NCBI GenBank assembly: GCA_965216755.1
Contig: CBDCGL010000011.1
Span: 3,264,001-3,328,000 of the forward strand
DNA length: 64,000 nt
Direction of reading: 5' to 3'
Origin: Alphaproteobacteria bacterium
Lineage (GTDB): Bacteria > Pseudomonadota > Alphaproteobacteria > UBA7887
Made by a program: the position numbers and the translations under genes. The notes below the pieces were generated by a model. It searched no databases. It saw only the letters and a program-made list of their open reading frames with translations, and was not told the DNA's origin. Positions 20,982 through 30,117 of the stretch are shown here, piece by piece (the first letter of the stretch is position 1; every line of letters starts with the position of its first letter).

Positions 20982-22760
20982 TCACGCGGCCGCTTGATCG
21001 AGCACGTCGCCAAGGCTTTCGATCAACGGTCCCAGATAGGGTTGATAGGCACGGTAGCGACCGACCGCGTGGCGATAAAGCGGTTGCCGCACTTGGTCAT
21101 AGCTGGCCGTCGCCACCGGCCGGTTGGAGTCGTGGAAACGCAGGCAACGGCTGTCCCACGGCAGGTCAAGATACGCCAGGAGTCGACGGACAACAGTCTC
21201 TTGATCGTTGACCATGGTCTCGTAGTCGATTGCGTGGATATCCATGTCCGGCAATTGCTGCCAAAGGCCCATCATTTGACGGTAAAGGCGATAGCGCGTG
21301 CCGAGCGCGGTCAGGTCGGTGCTATATCCATGGCCGGCATAGAAGTCTTGAAAGAAACACGACAAACACGTATCGAGCGGATGGCGGCCGCAATGAACGA
21401 TCCTTGCGCGCGGAAATAGTAGCCGCGCCAAGCCGAGCTCGCTGTAGTTTTCAGGCATTTTGTCGACAACATGGCTGGCACCATTTGCTTGCTCACTTAG
21501 CACGGCAAGGTAAGCATCAGCGAGTTTATCTATTAACGCGGTTGTCGTTGCGTGTAAGCATGATGGATACACAGCGCCGGTTTCTTGTTCAAGATCGCGA
21601 CGCGCTTTATCCAAAAGTGTCAACTCTCCCGCCGCTTCAACATTGCCATGCTGCGCTAATGTTTGCTCGACCAAGGTCGTGCCGGAGCGTGGCATGCCGA
21701 CGATGAAAATCGGCATGGTCGATCGATTGGTGGCGCGGGGCAGGACGCGCCAGTTGTCGGAAACAAAAAACTGGGCGTAGGTTTCGAATCGTTTCGCCCG
21801 CAGCGGCGTGTCATCGCGTTGCGTGCTCAACAGATTGCCTTGTTGATAGGCAGCGAAGGCGCGCGCCGCGTCGCCGGCCGTGTCATGCAAACGCCCCAGA
21901 CCGAAGTGCAGCGTGCGCCGTTGCGCGACCGCCAAGTCGTCGCGCGCCAATGCATGTTCGGCGTGCTCGATGGCCGTTTCTATACATCCCATGCGTGGCG
22001 CGAGCACCATCAGGCAGGCGATCAAATCCGGATCGTCAGGATCGGCCTCCAGCTGTTCGCGCAGCATGGCGATCGCGGCATCGGTATCGCCGCGCCGTTC
22101 CAAGGCGGTGATCCGTCGGCTGGCGAAGCGGCGCGCATCGTCGACATGTGTCTCGCCGTCAGCGAGCGCGTCAAGGGCATCGTCCGGTTTGCCGTCCGCG
22201 AGGCAGGCGTCGGCCAAGCCCTCATACAGCACCGGCCGGCGCGGATCGACGGCAATGGCGCGCCGATACCAGGCGCGGGCGTCGTCGGGCCGGCGCCGGT
22301 TGAGCGACGCAACGGCCATATTGGCCATCGCTTCGACGTGCCGTGGATCGCGCCGCAGGGCGTGGTGTAAATGCAGTTCCGCTTCGTCTTCGCGGCCTAA
22401 GGCATTGAGCGCGGCGGCCAAATTGGTGTGGGCGGCGACATGATCGGGCGCCAACGCCAAGGCTTTGCGAAAATGCGGTAATGCGGCCTCGGTGTCGCCC
22501 AACTTGCGATGGGCTTCGCCGAGATTGTTGTGAAAGTCCGGGTCGCGTGGGGCCAGGCGACAGGCCTTGGTGAAGGCCGCAATGGCGTCCGACCATTCGC
22601 TGCGAGACGTGGCGACGATACCCAGAAGATTCCAAATCAAGGCGTTGTCAGGCGCCTTGCGAGCCAGGCTGGTCAGCAGGGGGCGCGCGCGCAGCGGCGC
22701 GCCCGCGCGGATATGGGCAATCGCTTTCTCGAGCTGCCGTCTGTGCTGTCGCGCGGCCAT
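20982..22760 (-). CDS. TPR-repeat sulfotransferase family protein
   Basis: TPRs (FHNNLGE, HTNLAAAL); PIFIVGMPRSGTTLVEQ, AGEL, DKMPEN, RHPLDTCLSCF, TASYDQVRQPLY. Confidence 0.9.
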   Translation of the reverse strand: MAARQHRRQLEKAIAHIRAGAPLRARPLLTSLARKAPDNALIWNLLGIVATSRSEWSDAIAAFTKACRLAPRDPDFHNNLGEAHRKLGDTEAALPHFRKALALAPDHVAAHTNLAAALNALGREDEAELHLHHALRRDPRHVEAMANMAVASLNRRRPDDARAWYRRAIAVDPRRPVLYEGLADACLADGKPDDALDALADGETHVDDARRFASRRITALERRGDTDAAIAMLREQLEADPDDPDLIACLMVLAPRMGCIETAIEHAEHALARDDLAVAQRRTLHFGLGRLHDTAGDAARAFAAYQQGNLLSTQRDDTPLRAKRFETYAQFFVSDNWRVLPRATNRSTMPIFIVGMPRSGTTLVEQTLAQHGNVEAAGELTLLDKARRDLEQETGAVYPSCLHATTTALIDKLADAYLAVLSEQANGASHVVDKMPENYSELGLARLLFPRARIVHCGRHPLDTCLSCFFQDFYAGHGYSTDLTALGTRYRLYRQMMGLWQQLPDMDIHAIDYETMVNDQETVVRRLLAYLDLPWDSRCLRFHDSNRPVATASYDQVRQPLYRHAVGRYRAYQPYLGPLIESLGDVLDQAAA

Positions 22761-22818
22761 GTCCTTGCCTATTTCGTGTCGCGGCGGTTTTGTAGCACCG
22801 GTGGGTACGGACGAACAA

Positions 22819-23451
22819 TCAGGCCAAGGCGTCGATCGCGGCAATGCCACAAGCACCGGTATGGCGTAAACGCGCTACGGTGACGTGACCAATGCCGCCA
22901 AGTGCATAGGCAGGGATACCGCCGGGGCGACACAGGGCGGCAAAACGGATCGGCCCCAACGGCCGGGCGCCGGGATGGCTGGCGGTGGCAAACACCGGCG
23001 ACAACAAAATCGCATCGGCCCGGGCGCGAACAGCGGCCCGAATCGCGGTCCGTGAATGGGCGGCGACAGTGATCAGCCAACCGGGGCGGCGGCGGCGCCA
23101 TTTCGCCGCGTCGCGAATGCGGGCTTCGCCGAAATGGACGCCATCGGCACGCAATTTGGCGGCCAAGGCGGCGTCACCGGCGATCAAGAATTTAAGCCGG
23201 GCCGCGCGGCACAGCTTCGCCATGGCACGGGCCAAATGGCTTCGGTTGGCGGCGTCATAGTCGCGTAGGATCACCGCACTGCCGAGCGGCAAACGGGCCG
23301 CGCCGATAAACGGGCACGGCGCACGCCGCCGGTCGGTGATCAGAATCAGAGCCGGCAATCGAATTCCCGAGCACCCGGCGCGCGCGTTGAGGCGGCACGC
23401 GTGCTTTGCTAGGGTCGATTGTCGATACTGCGCCAAGGCAAGACCTATCAA
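22819..23451 (-). CDS. thiamine phosphate synthase-like protein (ThiE/TenI family)
   Basis: AVILRDYD, ADGVH, AAHS, LLSPVFATASHPGA, YALGGI; start codon uncertain. Confidence 0.82.
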   Translation of the reverse strand: MIGLALAQYRQSTLAKHACRLNARAGCSGIRLPALILITDRRRAPCPFIGAARLPLGSAVILRDYDAANRSHLARAMAKLCRAARLKFLIAGDAALAAKLRADGVHFGEARIRDAAKWRRRRPGWLITVAAHSRTAIRAAVRARADAILLSPVFATASHPGARPLGPIRFAALCRPGGIPAYALGGIGHVTVARLRHTGACGIAAIDALA

Positions 23452-23485
23452 CTATTTGGACTGGTAGAATCAATGGGACCGCGAG

Positions 23486-24196
23486 TTGGCTGAGTCCGAA
23501 CCGCAGCATAGCAGGACTGCGGGCGCCGCCGCGGCGGCGCGTCTTGCTGATGTGCGGTCACGCATTAGCGCTGCGGCGCGCGATGCCGACCGGGATCCTG
23601 GCGCGATAACCTTGGTCGCCGTATCAAAGACTTTTGACGCAGGCAGCATCCGACCCGTGCTGGCGGCCGGCCAAGGTGTGTTTGGCGAAAATCGGGTTCA
23701 AGAAGCGCTGGGCAAATGGCCGTCACTGAAAGCGCATTGGCCGGATACACGCCTGCATTTGATTGGCCCCTTGCAGACCAACAAAGTGCGTGACGCGGTC
23801 GCCCTGTTCGACGTGATCGAGACTGTCGACAGGCCGCGGCTGGCTGATGCCCTGGTGCGAGAACAGGAGCGGATCGGTCGCGCCATCCCATGTTTCATCC
23901 AGGTCAATACCGGCGCGGAAGCCCAAAAAGCCGGAATTCTTCCCACGGATGCCGACACGTTCATAGATCAATGTCGCGAACGCCTGGGCTTGGCGGTCGA
24001 TGGTTTGATGTGCATCCCGCCAATTGACGACGAACCATCGCTCCATTTCGCGTTGCTCGCGGAGATCGCCAAGCGTCACGGTTTGACTCGGCTCAGCATG
24101 GGCATGAGCGCCGATTTCGAAATCGCCATTGCACTCGGCGCAACGCATGTGCGCGTGGGGACCGCAATATTCGGTACGCGTGCGCAACGACCCTGA
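23486..24196 (+). CDS. yggS: PLP homeostasis protein YggS
   Basis: LVAVSKT, FGENRVQE, HLIGPLQTNK, GLMCIPP, LSMGMSADF, THVRVGTAIFG. Confidence 0.95.
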   Translation: MAESEPQHSRTAGAAAAARLADVRSRISAAARDADRDPGAITLVAVSKTFDAGSIRPVLAAGQGVFGENRVQEALGKWPSLKAHWPDTRLHLIGPLQTNKVRDAVALFDVIETVDRPRLADALVREQERIGRAIPCFIQVNTGAEAQKAGILPTDADTFIDQCRERLGLAVDGLMCIPPIDDEPSLHFALLAEIAKRHGLTRLSMGMSADFEIAIALGATHVRVGTAIFGTRAQRP

Positions 24197-24256
24197 TGGG
24201 CAACGTTCCCGGAGCGGATCGTTTCTCATCAGGTCCATTGCATTTGTGCAATGATA

Positions 24257-25174
24257 TCAGAATGCCGCGTCGATTTGTGACGGATTTGCACCACTGTTGC
24301 GCGCTCGCATCATGGCCGCATACTTATCGAGACCGACCAGCATGGCGGCACCGATGTCCGGCGGTGAGTCCGGCGGCGGTGGCGCCATGGCGACGGTTTC
24401 GACCGGGGCGAGCGGCCGCGCTGGCACCGGTTCGGTCGCTTTCATTTGCTCAACGGGCGCGGTCGTCGTCGTCGGGTGGCCGGCGGCTGGGGTCGCGGTG
24501 GTCGACGACACCAAGTGCGCCCATTGCTCTTCGCTGAGGCCGCGCGCAACCGCCGAATCTGTGCGGTCTCCGTGCACAACCTTCATTTCCGCACCAACGG
24601 GCGCGGCTTCATCGGCCGGGGCCGACCCCGCGACGGGATGGCTTTGCCGCCAGGGCAGTTGTTCGTCTGTTTCCGGCGCCGACTGCGGTGCCGCCGCTTC
24701 GGCGACCGCGATCGGGTTTGTCGCCGCTCCGTCGGCGCCGAACAGGGCGGCAAGATGACCGCCCGCATCACGGCCGGTGGCGTCCGCCAGGCCGACATCG
24801 ACAATCGCGCCGGCCATACTGGCCGCAGCGCCGATCGGATTCAGACTGAACAAACCCGCCCCCAGCACGCGTGCCGCGGGCGCGATCGCGTCACCGGTAA
24901 CGGCCCGGTAAACACCCGATAAGACGGGCACATGATGCAGTGGGTTGATCATGTCGAGAACGTCGCCAAAGGTGAATCCGTCATCGCCCCAATCGGCCTC
25001 GGACTGGGCGGTGTGGAGGTTCTCCGATCGCGTCGCAATCGCCCGCGCGGCAAGTTCGCGCCCCAAGGGGCGGGGCCGAGCGTGATCGGCGCGGTCGGCC
25101 GCGGCTTGGGTGTTGGCCGATCCGGGGGTGGCAACAGGGTCAATCGGGGGCATGTACGGGTCCTGGCCGGTCAC
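24257..25174 (-). CDS. conserved hypothetical protein
   Basis: Block FGDVLDMINPLHHVPVLSGVYRAVTGD recalled from alphaproteobacterial hypotheticals; Pro/Ala-rich linker; C-terminal MLVGLDKY helix. Confidence 0.75.
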   Translation of the reverse strand: MTGQDPYMPPIDPVATPGSANTQAAADRADHARPRPLGRELAARAIATRSENLHTAQSEADWGDDGFTFGDVLDMINPLHHVPVLSGVYRAVTGDAIAPAARVLGAGLFSLNPIGAAASMAGAIVDVGLADATGRDAGGHLAALFGADGAATNPIAVAEAAAPQSAPETDEQLPWRQSHPVAGSAPADEAAPVGAEMKVVHGDRTDSAVARGLSEEQWAHLVSSTTATPAAGHPTTTTAPVEQMKATEPVPARPLAPVETVAMAPPPPDSPPDIGAAMLVGLDKYAAMMRARNSGANPSQIDAAF

Positions 25175-25218
25175 GGGGCGCCGCGCGGGCGCGAAACGCG
25201 CCGCAGCGTCTCAGATCA

Positions 25219-25235
25219 TGCAACCGCAATGCCAA
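25219..25235 (-). promoter_or_regulatory. sigma54 (-24/-12) promoter of the hypothetical gene
   Basis: Minus strand TTGGCATTGCGGTTGCA: GG-N10-GC with TGGCA and TTGCA. Confidence 0.7.
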
Positions 25236-25296
25236 CCCAAGAGCGGCGATCAGGCTGCAAATGTGCACGGATTCTGCGATAGCGTCCGCGCGCGGT

Positions 25297-25311
25297 CGGC
25301 ACGGATTGCCG
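25297..25311. promoter_or_regulatory. putative enhancer-binding protein site (FlbD ftr-like)
   Basis: CGGCA-CGGAT-TGCCG dyad about 65-80 bp upstream of the -24 element. Confidence 0.45.
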
Positions 25312-25337
25312 CCGGGGGCGGAAAAAAGCGATCTTCG

Positions 25338-26459
25338 CTACAGCATATGGCCGCCGCGGCCGGCCTTTGTCGCCAAATAGCGATCATTGTGCGGATTGGC
25401 TGGGAACGCATGCGCCACTCGCTCGACGACGTCGATTCCGGCCTTGGCCAGCGCGGCGATTTTGGCGGGATTGTTGGTCATCAGCCGGATTGTGGCAAAA
25501 CCAAGCTGAAGCAACATGGCGGCGGCGACGTGATAGTGGCGTTCATCGGCATCAAAACCGAGCTGCTCATTGGCCTCGAAGGTGTCCAAGCCCTGGTCCT
25601 GAAGTTGATACGCGCGCAGCTTGTTGACCAGGCCGATACCACGGCCCTCTTGCGCCAGATACAACACCACACCCGCGCCCGCGGCCGCCATGTCGCGCAC
25701 CGCGCCGCGCAGCTGGTCGCCGCAATCGCAGCGCAGGCTGCCCAGAATATCGCCGGTAAAGCATTGCGAATGCAGACGCACCAAGGTCGGCGCGCCGGGC
25801 CGTGGCGTTCCGATCAGGATCGCCAAATGTTCGCTGCCACCATCGGCTGGTCGAAAGGCGACGACTTCCGCATCGGGCGCGTCGGCCAAAGGCACCCGTG
25901 CGGCGCTGACACGATGCAGGCGGCTGGCCGCCAAATGGGCATAGGCGTGGATTTGGTCAAGATCGACCAACAAAAGGTTATTCACTACGGCCCAATGGGC
26001 GGCGTCATGGGCGATGTTGTCGCTGAGGCGGCGTGTCAACGCGGCCGGCAACAGATTGGCACGCTTCATCAAACTGATCGCCGCGACATCCAACGCGTGG
26101 GCAACGCATGGTGTTGGCAAGCCGTGTCCGGGGTCAGCCGGCCTTGGGGCCACGGGTTCGGCCAGGGCGCGCACATGATCGGCGTTCCAATCCTTGGCCA
26201 GCGGCAAGGCCACGGCAGAGGCCTGCCCATAGGGCACCCCCAAGGCTTTGGCACGCTTTTGGGTGAGCACCAAGGTCGGCATCGTGTCGGCGGTCCGCTC
26301 AAACAATACGCGTGTTGCGTCGGTCAAAAACTCAGGCGACACAACCAGCGCGGCCTCGCCGCCGGCGCCGCGCAGAACCACAGCACCGCCACGGCGCACA
26401 TCACCGATGGCGCGATCGACAGCGAGAATCGCGGCCGAAATATCGTTGCCTTGCGTCAT
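25338..26459 (-). CDS. ribA: GTP cyclohydrolase II with degenerate N-terminal RibB-like domain
   Basis: VRLHSQCFTGDILGSLRCDCGDQL, YLAQEGRGIGLVNKLRAY, LMTNNPAK, YLATKA..GH. Confidence 0.93.
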   Translation of the reverse strand: MTQGNDISAAILAVDRAIGDVRRGGAVVLRGAGGEAALVVSPEFLTDATRVLFERTADTMPTLVLTQKRAKALGVPYGQASAVALPLAKDWNADHVRALAEPVAPRPADPGHGLPTPCVAHALDVAAISLMKRANLLPAALTRRLSDNIAHDAAHWAVVNNLLLVDLDQIHAYAHLAASRLHRVSAARVPLADAPDAEVVAFRPADGGSEHLAILIGTPRPGAPTLVRLHSQCFTGDILGSLRCDCGDQLRGAVRDMAAAGAGVVLYLAQEGRGIGLVNKLRAYQLQDQGLDTFEANEQLGFDADERHYHVAAAMLLQLGFATIRLMTNNPAKIAALAKAGIDVVERVAHAFPANPHNDRYLATKAGRGGHML

Positions 26460-26758
26460 AAAGCCTCTCAAGTATGGCCTACGGGCGGACCCGGACCAAA
26501 TTGGCTCGCGTTGCGCCTTGCTGCGTCAACAGACCATCATAATCCGCCGACCGCCAAAGGACCACATGGCCGCCGGTCGGTCCGCGCCGAAACTTCACTC
26601 ATTCACCACGCCGTTACTCTAAGGGCTTTTGTGTCAGGGGCTTAGACTATGCTATAGTGTGTTATGCTGTGTCGTCGGTGTGGTCGCCGCGGGGCCGTGC
26701 CGCGCCGATGTCACGTGCCGTGGTGACGTTCGGCAGAACTCAGCGATGAAGGGCCACC

Positions 26759-27457
26759 ATGGAAGCCACCGCAACGCGCAAAAGAATCTTGCTGGTTGAG
26801 GACGACGAAGCGTTACGTCAGTCCCTGGCTGAGCAGCTGCAATTGCACGAGGAATTTGAAACGGTCGAAGCGCAATCCGGGGCCGAAACGCTGGAAGCAA
26901 CCAAGTCGCAGCGCTTCGATTTGATTTTGCTCGACATTGGACTGCCCGATTTCGATGGCCGCGAAATGTGCCGGGTGTTGCGTCGCAATGGCCTGAAGAC
27001 GCCGATCATTATGCTGACCGGCGCCGATACGGAAGCCGATACGATTCTCGGCCTTGATTCCGGCGCCAACGACTACATCACCAAGCCGTTTCGACTTGGC
27101 GTTTTGTTGGCGCGCATCAGGGCGCAACTGCGCCAGCATGAGTTGACCGAGGATGCGGTGTTCACCATCGGGCCATATACGTTCCAGCCCGGTGCCAAAC
27201 TGCTGGTCCATAATGACAACAAACGCAAAGTGCGGTTGACCGAAAAAGAAACCGCCATCCTGAAATATCTTTACCGCGCCGGCGACAAGGTGGTCGGCCG
27301 CAATGTGCTGTTGGACGAGGTGTGGGGCTACAACGCCGCCGTCGCCACGCACACTTTGGAAACCCATATTTACCGTCTGCGCCAGAAGATCGAAGAGGAT
27401 CCGTCAAGCGCGCGCATCCTGATCACCGAAACCGGCGGCTACCGGTTGGCGCGCTAA
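26759..27457 (+). CDS. cenR: OmpR-family response regulator, CenR-like
   Basis: ILLVEDD, LLDIGLPD, GANDYITKPF, LTEKETAILKYLY, HTLETHIYRLRQKIE; ribA-regulator-xth synteny as recalled for alphaproteobacterial cenR. Confidence 0.75.
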   Translation: MEATATRKRILLVEDDEALRQSLAEQLQLHEEFETVEAQSGAETLEATKSQRFDLILLDIGLPDFDGREMCRVLRRNGLKTPIIMLTGADTEADTILGLDSGANDYITKPFRLGVLLARIRAQLRQHELTEDAVFTIGPYTFQPGAKLLVHNDNKRKVRLTEKETAILKYLYRAGDKVVGRNVLLDEVWGYNAAVATHTLETHIYRLRQKIEEDPSSARILITETGGYRLAR

Positions 27458-27467
27458 GCCTCCTTCC

Positions 27468-27555
27468 TTCGGTGACAGTTTACTAAATACACCAAATATT
27501 GTGGTCAGTTGTACTAGTATACAATATGTAGTGTATTTAGTAAACTGTCACCGAA
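27468..27555. repeat. 88-bp AT-rich inverted-repeat element (REPIN/MITE-like)
   Basis: Perfect 25-bp arms TTCGGTGACAGTTTACTAAATACAC (27468-27492) and its reverse complement (27531-27555), between convergent genes. Confidence 0.85.
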
Positions 27556-27562
27556 ACAAAAT

Positions 27563-28357
27563 CTAGAATTCTAAGGTCGCGATTACGGGCACATGATCCG
27601 ACGGATGTGGCCAGCCACGCGCGTCGCGCAGGATTTCGGCCGCACGCAGATTTGTCGCCAGATCCGGCGTAACCCAGATATGATCGAGGCGGCGGCCACG
27701 GTCAGAGGCACGCCAGTCGCGCGCGCGATAGCTCCACCAGCTATAAAGCTTTTGTTCGTCGGGCACGAAATAGCGCACGGCATCCACCCAATCGCGTGAC
27801 TGGGCCAAACGCTTGAGCGCCGCGACTTCAACCGGTGTATGGCTGACCACTTTCAACAGTTGCTTGTGTGACCAAACATCGGTTTCCAGCGGCGCGATGT
27901 TCAAATCGCCAACCAGCATCTGGCGGCCCCGGTTTTTGCGCGTGGCGAACCAACCGGTCAATTCTTCGACAAACCCCAATTTGTGGGCGAACTTTTCATT
28001 GAGTCCCGGATCCGGGTCATCGCCGCCCGACGGCACATAGAAATTGTGCAGTTCCAGTTTGTCGGCGACCACGGCGTGCGCATGGCGCGCGTCTTGCTTG
28101 CCCCACCACTCACGTGTCATGCCATTGGTCAGGGGCAATCGCGAAAATATGGCCACCCCATGATATGCGGGCTGACCATTGATCAGCTGATGATCGTAGC
28201 CGAGTTCCGCGAAGACGTCGGTCGGGAAATCTTCTGTTTTGATCTTGATCTCTTGCAGACACAGAACATCCGGATCAGCTTCCGCAACCAGCCGGCGGAT
28301 GCCGTCAAGCCGCAGACGTATTGAGTTGACGTTCCAGCTGGCCACTCTCAGATGCAT
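27563..28357 (-). CDS. xthA: exodeoxyribonuclease III
   Basis: SWNVNSIR, LCLQEIK, GDLNIAP, WWSYR, RLDHIW, PSDHVPV. Confidence 0.95.
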   Translation of the reverse strand: MHLRVASWNVNSIRLRLDGIRRLVAEADPDVLCLQEIKIKTEDFPTDVFAELGYDHQLINGQPAYHGVAIFSRLPLTNGMTREWWGKQDARHAHAVVADKLELHNFYVPSGGDDPDPGLNEKFAHKLGFVEELTGWFATRKNRGRQMLVGDLNIAPLETDVWSHKQLLKVVSHTPVEVAALKRLAQSRDWVDAVRYFVPDEQKLYSWWSYRARDWRASDRGRRLDHIWVTPDLATNLRAAEILRDARGWPHPSDHVPVIATLEF

Positions 28358-28399
28358 AACGGTGTATCCATGGGTAGTTAATGCCAAGAACCGGTCACG

Positions 28400-29200
28400 T
28401 TAGGCCGCGCCGGGCTCGGACGTGCGGCGCTTGACCATCAGACTGGCCAGAATGACGCCCGATGTCACCAATGCGATCAGCACCGTGCAGACGGCGTTGA
28501 TCTCAGGCGTCACGCCCAATCGCACCTGACTATAAATCTTCATGGGCAAAGTTGTGGCACCCGGGCCGGTGGCGAACGAGGCGATCACCAAATCATCCAG
28601 GGACAATGTGAACGCAAGCAACCATCCGGCGACCAAGGCAGGTGCGATCAGTGGCACGGTGATGGTGAAAAACGTGCGCAGTGGCGGACAGCCCAGATCG
28701 AGGGCCGCTTCCTCAAGCGCGTGGTCAAAGGTGAGCAAGCGCGATTGAACCACGACGGCAACATAGGCCGTGGAAAAAGTGATATGGGCGATGACCACAG
28801 TCCAATAGCCGCGCGCCAGGTCGATCGCGACGAACAACAGCAGCAAAGACAAACCGGTAATCACCTCCGGCATCACCAAAGGCGCATAGACCATGCTGGC
28901 AAATAGGGTGCGTCCATGAAAGCGCCCAAAACGTACCAAGGTGACGCCGGCCATGGTGCCCAACAGCAAAGCAACCGTCGCCGAAACCACCGCCACCCGC
29001 AGCGTTGTCCAGGCAGCGTCCAGCAGCCCCTGATTGTTGAGCATGGCAATGTACCATTTGGTCGAAAAGCCCGCCCATACGGTCACTAGGCGCGATTCGT
29101 TGAAGGAAAAAACAATCAACAACAAAATTGGCAGATAAAGAAACGCAAAGCCAAGCGTCATGGCAATGGTCGCGAAAGACCATGCTCGGTGGCTGATCAC
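28400..29200 (-). CDS. potI: putrescine ABC transporter permease
   Basis: FLYLPI..FSFNESRLVTVW, PLVMPEVITGLSLL, EEAALDLG, GWLLAFTLSLDD; GTG start overlaps the potH stop. Confidence 0.88.
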   Translation of the reverse strand: MISHRAWSFATIAMTLGFAFLYLPILLLIVFSFNESRLVTVWAGFSTKWYIAMLNNQGLLDAAWTTLRVAVVSATVALLLGTMAGVTLVRFGRFHGRTLFASMVYAPLVMPEVITGLSLLLLFVAIDLARGYWTVVIAHITFSTAYVAVVVQSRLLTFDHALEEAALDLGCPPLRTFFTITVPLIAPALVAGWLLAFTLSLDDLVIASFATGPGATTLPMKIYSQVRLGVTPEINAVCTVLIALVTSGVILASLMVKRRTSEPGAA

Positions 29201-30117
29201 CACGCACCCTGCGCTTTCTGCTGCTGTTTTTGGAACAGCAAGATCGGCCCGGCCAACAGCGCCAACATAACAATCGCCACGGCCGAGGCCAGGGGCCAAT
29301 CACGGTTGTTGAAGAACTCCACCCACAGAGTCTTGCCGATCATCAGTGTTTCGGATCCCCCGAGCAGGTCGGGAATGACAAACTCGCCGACCGCTGGAAT
29401 GAACACCAGCAGGCACCCGGCCAATATGCCGGGCGCCGCCAACGGCACGGTGATCATCCAAAACGCTTTCAACGGCCGGCAACCGAGGTCGGCGGCCGCT
29501 TCCAACAGATCGTTGTCCAAGCGAATCAGCGACGCATAGACCGGCAGGATCATGAACGGCAAATAGGAATAGACGATACCGATATGGACGGCGACGTTGG
29601 TGTTGATGATCTGTATGGGCTGGTCAATGACTCCGAGCCCTACCAAGAGGCTGTTTAGATAGCCTTCGTTCTTCAAGATTCCGATCCAGGCATAGACGCG
29701 AATCAGAAAAGATGTCCAAAACGGAAGAATCACAAGCATCAGCAAGGTGGCGCGCCAGCCCGCCGGGGCACGCGCGATGCCATAGGCGATCGGAAAACCA
29801 ACCAATAGCGTAATTATGGTTGCTATGGCGGCGATCTTAAGGCTGGAGACATAAGCGCGTAAATAGATGTTGTCTTCGTAAAGCGCGAGGTAGTTCCAAA
29901 TATTCAGTGAAATGTTCAGTGTTGCTTCGCCGAAGTCGGGGTCGGCGTGCCATTCGGTTATCGGCAAATAGGGGGGGATGGCGATCGCCACCTCGGAAAA
30001 ACTAATCTTCAGCACAATTGAGAACGGGACCAGAAAAAACAGCAGCAACCACAGATAGGGCAAACCGATCACGGCCAATCGGCCGCGCAGTCTTCGCCCG
30101 CCTGGCGCCGCGGTCAC
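29197..30117 (-). CDS. potH: putrescine ABC transporter permease
   Basis: ILPFWTSFLIRVYAW, YSYLPFMILP, EAAADLG, GEFVIPDLLGG; GTG start overlaps the potG stop. Confidence 0.88.
   Translation of the reverse strand: MTAAPGGRRLRGRLAVIGLPYLWLLLFFLVPFSIVLKISFSEVAIAIPPYLPITEWHADPDFGEATLNISLNIWNYLALYEDNIYLRAYVSSLKIAAIATIITLLVGFPIAYGIARAPAGWRATLLMLVILPFWTSFLIRVYAWIGILKNEGYLNSLLVGLGVIDQPIQIINTNVAVHIGIVYSYLPFMILPVYASLIRLDNDLLEAAADLGCRPLKAFWMITVPLAAPGILAGCLLVFIPAVGEFVIPDLLGGSETLMIGKTLWVEFFNNRDWPLASAVAIVMLALLAGPILLFQKQQQKAQGAW

Noticed and set aside
19010-22760. Diversity-generating retroelement explanation for the paralogous TPR genes and low-GC patch
   Set aside because: No reverse transcriptase and no near-identical template/variable repeat pair in the window
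25110-26645. 511-aa plus-strand ORF
   Set aside because: Antisense shadow of ribA in GC-rich DNA; no recognisable motifs
29640-30060. Lower-GC stretch in potH
   Set aside because: Largely explained by Ile/Tyr/Asn/Phe-rich membrane segments
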